A DNA stretch of 24,000 nt from the NCBI GenBank assembly GCA_029210175.1, contig JARGPL010000024.1, positions 75,224 through 99,223 on the forward strand, given 5' to 3'. Within the stretch, counting starts at the first letter, position 1, and the number at the start of each line of letters is the position of its first letter. A program made the position numbers and the translations under genes. This DNA comes from Minwuia sp. (GTDB lineage: Bacteria; Pseudomonadota; Alphaproteobacteria; Minwuiales; Minwuiaceae). The notes under the pieces were generated by a model. The model was not told the origin of the DNA. It saw nothing but the letters and a program-made list of their open reading frames with translations, and did no database searches. Below, piece after piece: positions 17,481-24,000 of the stretch.

Positions 17481-17541
17481 GGGCCGTTCTCTGGCCAGTG
17501 CCGTTCTCTGGCCGGTGCGGTTCTCTGGCCGGTGCGGTTCC
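17481..17541. repeat. 17-bp tandem repeat, about 3.6 copies (GTGCGGTTCTCTGGCCG)
   Basis: The copies are gggccgttctctggcca, gtgccgttctctggccg, gtgcggttctctggccg and gtgcggttcc. They lie in the convergent gap between GST (stop 17477) and TetR (stop 17561). Confidence 0.85.
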
Positions 17542-17560
17542 ATCATCTTGACGGGCCAGC

Positions 17561-18196
17561 CTAACCTGCGGTCGCTTCCGCGTCCGCCGCGTGCTTCTGC
17601 CCGTCCGAGAACGGTGACCGGCCGCGCTGGAAACGACCAGCCAGGCGATCCAGCCGGGACAGGGACTTGTCCAGGGCGGCCATGGTGCGCGACAGGTCCG
17701 GGCTGTCATCGTCCAGGAATGTGCGGAAGGTCTGGGCGTAGGCCAGCCCCAGCGCCTTCATGCGCAGGGTCCCGGCAATCCCCGCCGAAGATATGCCGGC
17801 GGCTTCCAGGGCCAGGCGCATGGCGCGCTGACCGGGTCCGGCCATCAGTGCGATGGCACCGCCGGGGTCGGTCGGCAGGCTGGACAGGATGGCGCGCAAA
17901 CCTTCGCGATGGCCTTTCAGATGATCAAACCGGGCGATCAGCAGCGTGAACAGCCGATCCCGGATGGCCTCATCGGGCCAGTCATCATCGACAGCGGCCA
18001 GCATCGCCTGATCGGCACGGGCAGCAAGATGGCGGACCACGCCCATGCGCCCGCCGACAGCATCAACGACGTCGGCCACGTCCATGCCGGATTCGCGGGC
18101 GATGTCATACAGCGTGACATTGCGCCAGCCACCCATGGCCGCGAGTTGCATGGTGGCATCGATGATCGGTCCAACCGGATCCTTCTTGCGTGGCAT
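17561..18196 (-). CDS. TetR/AcrR-family transcriptional regulator
   Basis: The N-terminus IIDATMQLAAMGGWRNVTLYDIARESGMDVADV is a TetR-type HTH. A GGAAGGA Shine-Dalgarno precedes the ATG at 18196. Confidence 0.7.
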   Translation of the reverse strand: MPRKKDPVGPIIDATMQLAAMGGWRNVTLYDIARESGMDVADVVDAVGGRMGVVRHLAARADQAMLAAVDDDWPDEAIRDRLFTLLIARFDHLKGHREGLRAILSSLPTDPGGAIALMAGPGQRAMRLALEAAGISSAGIAGTLRMKALGLAYAQTFRTFLDDDSPDLSRTMAALDKSLSRLDRLAGRFQRGRSPFSDGQKHAADAEATAG

Positions 18197-18221
18197 GGCC
18201 GCCGTTCCTTCCGCTGAAAGC

Positions 18222-18254
18222 TGTCACCTGCCCCCAGAGATGGGGCGGATGACA
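18222..18254. promoter_or_regulatory. Imperfect 13-7-13 palindrome TGTCACCTGCCCC-cagagat-GGGGCGGATGACA; candidate TetR operator
   Basis: 11 of 13 arm positions are complementary. It lies 26-58 nt upstream of the TetR start codon. Confidence 0.35.
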
Positions 18255-18328
18255 GCAACTTTAACGGGGAAGTTTGTCGCAACCGTGGCGGGCCAGTGAC
18301 CACGCTGACCAGGCCCGCCCCATGGTGA

Positions 18329-19447
18329 TCAGCCCTTCAGGGCAACGTCCGCAGGCACATAGTCATAACCGAGCGCTTCGGCCACGGCTTCGCAGGTCAC
18401 CTGGCCCTTGCAGACGTTCAGGCCGTTCTTCAGGTGCGGGTTGGCGGACAGCGCGCCCCTCCAGCCCTTGTTGGCGATGGCGATGGCGTGCTGCAGGGTG
18501 ACATTGTTCAGCGCGTAGGTGGATGTGCGGGCGACCCCACCGGGCATGTTGGCGACGCAGTAATGCACAACGCCTTCGACGACATAGGTCGGGTCGGCGT
18601 GGGTCGTGGCGCGCGAAGTCTCGAAACAGCCACCCTGATCGATGGCGACATCAACCAGCACGGCACCGTCCTTCATGGTGGTCAGCATGTGATGCGTCAC
18701 CAGCTTCGGCGCGGCGGCACCGGGCACCAGCACGGCACCGACGACCAGATCGGCGGCGGCGACCTGTTCCTCGACAGCGGTGCGCGTGGAATAGAGTACC
18801 TTGGCGGAGGCTTCGAAGTGGTTTTCCAGCTTTTCCAGCACTACGGGGCTGCGGTCCAGAATGGTGACATCGGCATGCAGACCGACAGCCATCTGCGCGG
18901 CGTTGAAGCCGACGACACCGCCGCCCAGGATGACGACCTTGCCCGGTGCGACGCCCGGTACACCGCCCAGCAGCACACCCAGTCCACCGTGGGATTTTTC
19001 CAGTGCCGAGGCACCGGCCTGGATCGACATGCGCCCGGCAACCTGGCTCATCGGCTTCAGCAGCGGCAGACCGCCGAGGGGGTCGGTCACCGTTTCATAG
19101 GCGATGCAGATGGCACCGCTCTTCACCAGGTCGCGGGTCTGGTCAGGATCCGGGGCCAGATGCAGGTAGGTGTAGAGAATCTGGTCAGGGCGCAGCATCG
19201 CACGCTCATTGGCCTGTGGCTCCTTGACCTTCACGATCATGTCGGCGCGGGCAAAGACCTCGCTTGCCGTATCCACGATCTCGGCGCCTGCAGCTACATA
19301 GGCCTCATCGGTGGCACCGACGCCCATACCGGCACCGGTTTCCACCAGCACTTCATGGCCATTCAGTTTCAGCTCGGCGACGCTTTCCGGCGTCAGGCCG
19401 ACACGATATTCGTGGTTCTTGATTTCCTTGGGGGTGCCGACACGCAT
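18329..19447 (-). CDS. ald: Alanine dehydrogenase
   Basis: [23 protein letters not shown]...VKVKEPQ...YLHLA...VILGGGVVG is the Ald/PNT signature. The ATG at 19447 has AGGAGG 6 nt upstream. The tracked 438-aa N-extension to 19645 runs into the lrp promoter and gene. Confidence 0.9.
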   Translation of the reverse strand: MRVGTPKEIKNHEYRVGLTPESVAELKLNGHEVLVETGAGMGVGATDEAYVAAGAEIVDTASEVFARADMIVKVKEPQANERAMLRPDQILYTYLHLAPDPDQTRDLVKSGAICIAYETVTDPLGGLPLLKPMSQVAGRMSIQAGASALEKSHGGLGVLLGGVPGVAPGKVVILGGGVVGFNAAQMAVGLHADVTILDRSPVVLEKLENHFEASAKVLYSTRTAVEEQVAAADLVVGAVLVPGAAAPKLVTHHMLTTMKDGAVLVDVAIDQGGCFETSRATTHADPTYVVEGVVHYCVANMPGGVARTSTYALNNVTLQHAIAIANKGWRGALSANPHLKNGLNVCKGQVTCEAVAEALGYDYVPADVALKG

Positions 19448-19587
19448 CACAGGCCTCCTGGGCGGTTTCTCGTTGAGATGCCACAGAATGCCGGATCGGA
19501 ATTCGAAAGTGTTCCGATTCTTGGCGCTTTTCTCGCTTCGAACAGGATATATTCCGGCCCAAGGACACAGTATAAGGAGAAATTCCG

Positions 19588-20049
19588 ATGAATGCTCTGG
19601 ATGGACGAATTCTTCAGCGGTTGCAGCGTGACTCATCCCCGTCACTGAACGAACTGGCGGATGCTGTTGGCCTGTCTCCCTCGGCCTGCCATCGCCGGGT
19701 GAAGCTGCTGGAGAAATCAGGCGTGATCTCCGGCTACGTGGCCCGGCTGAACCGTACCGCGCTCGGCCTGACGATCCAGGCCTTCGTGGAAATCAGCCTG
19801 ACATCGCAGAGTGAGGATTCGCTCCAGGCCTTCGAGGCGGCTGTGCTGCGCACGGAGGAAATCCTGGAATGCCATCTGATGACCGGCTCGGCCGATTACA
19901 TGCTGCGGGTCGCGGCGCGGGACGTGGCGGATTTCGAACGCATTCACCGCAATCGTCTGTCGCGACTGCCCGGCGTTGCCAGTATGCAATCGGGGTTTGT
20001 GCTGCGCAGCATTCGCGAAGGTGGTGCCTATCCGGTGGATGTGGCGTAG
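19588..20049 (+). CDS. Lrp/AsnC-family transcriptional regulator (divergent from ald)
   Basis: LDGRILQRLQRDSSPSLNELADAVGLSPSACHRRVKLLEKSGVISGY is the AsnC HTH, followed by a RAM domain. AAGGAG lies upstream of the ATG. Confidence 0.9.
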   Translation: MNALDGRILQRLQRDSSPSLNELADAVGLSPSACHRRVKLLEKSGVISGYVARLNRTALGLTIQAFVEISLTSQSEDSLQAFEAAVLRTEEILECHLMTGSADYMLRVAARDVADFERIHRNRLSRLPGVASMQSGFVLRSIREGGAYPVDVA

Positions 20050-20130
20050 GCTCGTCCGACGTGTCGACCGCGCCAAGGCTTTCCGGCGTAGAGTTCCAGC
20101 GGTTCCCTGTGGCGGAGTCCCTTTCAGGCC

Positions 20131-21657
20131 ATGCATGAAGAAGAACTGATCAATCTGGCCATCGTGGCTGGTGCAGCACTGCTGTGCGGGCTGCTGTTCA
20201 GCCGCATCAGGCAGCCGGTGGTGGTGGGCTATATCGTGGCCGGCGTGGTGCTTGGTCCGTCCGTGCTGGGCCTCGTCGGCGATGGGGAAGAAGTCCAGCT
20301 GGTCGCCGAACTGGGCGTGCTGATGCTGCTGTTCCTGATCGGGATGGAGCTGTCGCTGCGCAGTTTCCGGCGCATCTGGCGCACCGCCATGACCATAGCC
20401 GGGCTGCAGATCGGGCTGGGCCTCGCCTTTGCCTGGCTTTTCGGCAAGGGCCTCGGCTGGTCGCCGGAATTGTCACTGATCGTCGGCTTCGGTCTCGGCC
20501 TCAGTTCGACCGCTGTGGCGATCAAGATACTGGAAGACATTGGCGAATTGAGGTCCGACGTCGGGCAGCTGGCCGTCGGCGTGCTGGTGGCGCAGGATCT
20601 GGCGGTGGTGCCGATGTTGCTGATCGTCAGCGAGATGGGCAAGCCCGACGCCAGCCCCTATGGCGCGGTGGTGCCGGTGCTGGTGGCGGTGGCGATCCTG
20701 GGCGGCATCGTGTTCCTGCTCAGCCGTCGCAAGCGGGAACATCTGCCCTTCGCCCACTGGATCAGCGACAACCATGACCTGGCTGCCATGTCGGGACTGG
20801 CCATGTGTTTCGTGTTCGCCGCGATCAGCGGACTGGTCGGACTGTCGCCGGCCTATGGCGCCTTCATCGGCGGGCTGGTGGTGGGCAACACCATTGAACG
20901 ACAGAAGATGATCGCGGCGGTGGAGCCCGTGCAGTCGGTGCTGCTGATGGTGTTCTTCCTGTCGATCGGTCTGCTGCTGGACCTGAATTTCATCTGGGAG
21001 AACATGCTGCTGGTGATCGGGCTGCTGCTCGCCGTTTCGTTTGCCAAGATAGGCACCAACATCATCATCCTGCGCATGCTGGGGGAACCCTGGCCCAAGG
21101 CCTGGCTGGCCGGGACCGTGATCGGGCAGGTGGGGGAGTTTTCGTTCGTGCTGGTGGCGACCGGGGTCGCCGCAGGTGTGGTGGACCCGTTCGGATCGAA
21201 GCTGATGACGGCCATCATCGCCCTCAGCCTGATCGCCAGTCCGTTCTTCCTGTTCACCGCGCGGCGGATGGAAGGGGTCGAATGGCGACGTGTGCGCACG
21301 TTCAGTGACTTCACGCGCGCCATCTATGGCCGCAACGCCGGTGCCTTCGTGCAGGGGTCCGGCCGCGCCGCACGCGGGGTCGGGCGGGTGACATTGAGTG
21401 TCGGCGACTATGGCATCAATGAACTAGACCGGATCGTGGGCCGCCTGCAGCCCCGGAAGCCCGAGACCCCTGTCGCTGCGGCACATGATGAAGCCATGCC
21501 GGAAGCCCCGGCCCCGGATCAGGCGTCGCCGGAACCTGAAGCGGCTGCCGCGACCGATACGCCCGAAACGTCCGCCGCAGCCGAGACGCCGGATGCAGCG
21601 GACACTTCCGACACCCCTCCCGACGAAGCACCGCGCGATGGCCGACCGACGACTTGA
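20131..21657 (+). CDS. CPA2-family cation:proton antiporter (Kef/YbaL-like membrane domain, no KTN domain) with an acidic low-complexity tail
   Basis: The Na_H_exchanger-type N-terminus is [20 protein letters not shown]...[10 protein letters not shown]. The C-terminal 70 aa is rich in P/E/A/T/D ([45 protein letters not shown]). Confidence 0.8.
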   Translation: MHEEELINLAIVAGAALLCGLLFSRIRQPVVVGYIVAGVVLGPSVLGLVGDGEEVQLVAELGVLMLLFLIGMELSLRSFRRIWRTAMTIAGLQIGLGLAFAWLFGKGLGWSPELSLIVGFGLGLSSTAVAIKILEDIGELRSDVGQLAVGVLVAQDLAVVPMLLIVSEMGKPDASPYGAVVPVLVAVAILGGIVFLLSRRKREHLPFAHWISDNHDLAAMSGLAMCFVFAAISGLVGLSPAYGAFIGGLVVGNTIERQKMIAAVEPVQSVLLMVFFLSIGLLLDLNFIWENMLLVIGLLLAVSFAKIGTNIIILRMLGEPWPKAWLAGTVIGQVGEFSFVLVATGVAAGVVDPFGSKLMTAIIALSLIASPFFLFTARRMEGVEWRRVRTFSDFTRAIYGRNAGAFVQGSGRAARGVGRVTLSVGDYGINELDRIVGRLQPRKPETPVAAAHDEAMPEAPAPDQASPEPEAAAATDTPETSAAAETPDAADTSDTPPDEAPRDGRPTT

Positions 21658-22262
21658 AGACCTCTGGCGCAGCCGCACGGGCGGACCTGTCGCCGGGGTG
21701 GACGAGGTGGGGCGCGGGCCGCTGGCCGGACCTGTGGTGGCGGCGGCTGTCATCCTGCCGGACGACCGCCTGATCGGCGGCCTGGCGGACTCAAAGGCAC
21801 TCTCGGCGAAGCGACGGGAAGCGGTGGCGGTGACCATTCATCAGTTGGCCACGGTCTGCATTGCCGAGGCGACGGTGGAGGAGATCGACCGGCTCAACAT
21901 CCTGCAGGCATCCCTGCTCGCCATGTCCCGCGCGCTTGCCGGTCTGGCCTTGGCACCGGCTGCAGCGCTGATCGATGGCAACCGTCTGCCCCCCGACCTG
22001 ACCATCCCGGCAGAGGCGGTGGTGAAGGGGGATGCCAGGGTTGCCGCCATTGCAGCGGCATCGATTGTTGCAAAAGTGCATCGCGATGCCCTGATGAAAC
22101 AGCATGCCGAAACCTGGCCGGGGTATGGTTTCGAACGCCACGCCGGATACCCCACACGCCAGCATCGCCAAGCGCTTCAGGCACTCGGGCCCTGTCCGAT
22201 ACACCGCAGGTCGTTCCAGCCTGTTCGTGATTTGATCATTGAAGAAGGCAAGATAAATCACT

Positions 22263-22264
<2 letters not shown>
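21638..22264 (+). CDS. rnhB: Ribonuclease HII
   Basis: [34 protein letters not shown] and the IVAKVHRD motif. I prefer the ATG at 21638 ([10 protein letters not shown]), which overlaps the antiporter 3' end by 20 bp. Confidence 0.9.
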
Positions 22265-23472
<1,208 letters not shown>

Positions 23473-23503
23473 TCCGGTCGGGGACCGCACGATCCGAAAC
23501 GTC

Positions 23504-23829
23504 GGAAGGCGTGGATACCGGATCGGCGCTGCGCTTGTCCGGCATGACAGTTTTCGGACGTGGGTTGCGCCACAGCACCGGTTGTCACCCCGGGCGTCAG
23601 ACCCGGGGCCCACGTTTTCGTGCGCTGGCGAATGCCGGAAGGCGTGGATACCGGATCGACGCTGCGCTTGTCCGGCATGACAGTTTTCGGACGTGGGTTG
23701 CGCCACAGCACCGGTTGTCACCCCGGGCGTCAGACCCGGGGCCCACGTTTTCGTGCGCTGGCGAATGCCGGAAGGCGTGGATACCGGATCGGTGCTGCGC
23801 TTGTCCGGCATGGCAGTTTTCGGACGTGG
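23504..23829 (+). repeat. 133-bp tandem repeat, about 2.45 near-identical copies, each with two GC-rich hairpins
   Basis: Unit starts are at 23504, 23637 and 23770, giving an exact 133-bp period. I saw only 2-3 substitutions between copies (cggcgctg / cgacgctg / cggtgctg; atgacag / atggcag). Hairpins are CCGGAtcggcgctgcgcttgTCCGG and CCCCGGGcgtcagaCCCGGGG (for example 23588-23608). The third copy breaks off at about 23829. Confidence 0.9.
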
Positions 23830-23859
23830 GACGGTGATGGCCCCCAGCAGCGGATTGAT

Positions 23860-24000
23860 CTAGATGTTTGGTCCCGGAATGAGATGGTCTGGATGAACTC
23901 TGAACCTGTCGGGTTCTGATGTCCATTTTTCGTTGATGAATTCGAAGACGGTGAGCCCCCTGAGAGTCTTCAGGCGCTTTGCGAAGTTGTAGGCCTGCAG
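23860..24000 (-). mobile_element. 3' end of a DDE (rve-type) transposase gene; the rest of the IS lies beyond the window
   Basis: The minus-strand frame is open from 24000 to the TAG at 23860-23862: LQAYNFAKRLKTLRGLTVFEFINEKWTSEPDRFRVHPDHLIPGPNI*. It matches my recollection of the conserved AYNFA-RLKTL-GLTPYE tail of alphaproteobacterial IS481-like integrase-core transposases. The family assignment is tentative. It is absent from the ORF track because no start codon falls in the window. Confidence 0.6.

Noticed and set aside
19448-19587. Lrp binding sites or a riboswitch in the ald-lrp intergenic region (CGGAA-N10-TTCCG at about 19495-19514)
   Set aside because: It is only a 5-bp inverted repeat. 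I cannot match it to an Lrp consensus by eye, and no conserved RNA structure is recognisable.
19448-19645. Long N-terminal extensions offered by the ORF track for ald (to 19645), the FG-GAP protein (to 1995), the PAS protein (from 1739), DUF1489 (to 3151), LysR (from 7369) and rnhB (from 21485)
   Set aside because: The internal starts give canonical family N-termini and have better SD sequences. The extensions overlap neighbouring genes or promoters and have atypical composition.
23504-23829. Possible CRISPR array (regularly spaced repeats after ccrM)
   Set aside because: The entire 133-bp unit repeats head to tail with no unique spacers. The period is far longer than a CRISPR repeat plus spacer with conserved repeats only, and no cas genes are present.

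Overview
High-GC window, probably chromosomal DNA of an alphaproteobacterium. The taxon is inferred from a CcrM-type methyltransferase, divergent mutM / ubiE-ubiB synteny and an Lrp-ald pair; it cannot be confirmed without a database search. I support 27 protein-coding features, including two pseudogenes and a partial transposase. I saw no tRNA, rRNA or CRISPR. Bases 1-14100 look like ordinary housekeeping content: an SDR oxidoreductase, an FG-GAP protein, a PAS protein, a translationally coupled beta-carbonic anhydrase / SLC13 permease / DUF1489 operon, DjlA, a muramoyl-alanine amidase, a LysR regulator, enoyl-CoA hydratase, MutM, UbiE, UbiB and an MFS transporter. Bases 14100-24000 are more plastic. 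They hold a LuxR-type regulator with no luxI, preceded by a 20-bp lux-box-like palindrome. Directly upstream on the same strand lie two gutted genes, a beta-ketoacyl synthase and an AMP-dependent acyl-CoA ligase, both with large internal deletions. This half also has three unrelated tandem repeats (14 bp x5, 17 bp x3.6, 133 bp x2.4). A GC-rich hairpin-bearing repeat family occurs at both 14.1 kb and 23.5 kb, and the 3' end of a DDE transposase abuts the truncated last repeat. The remaining genes in this half are ordinary: GST, TetR, ald/lrp, a CPA2 antiporter, rnhB and ccrM. I found no convincing new multi-gene system such as a defence island. The best candidate for follow-up is the orphan LuxR + lux box + decayed ketosynthase/ligase locus, followed by the 133-bp hairpin repeat family. 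All functional calls come from by-eye motif recognition on the supplied translations, and none has been checked against a database.
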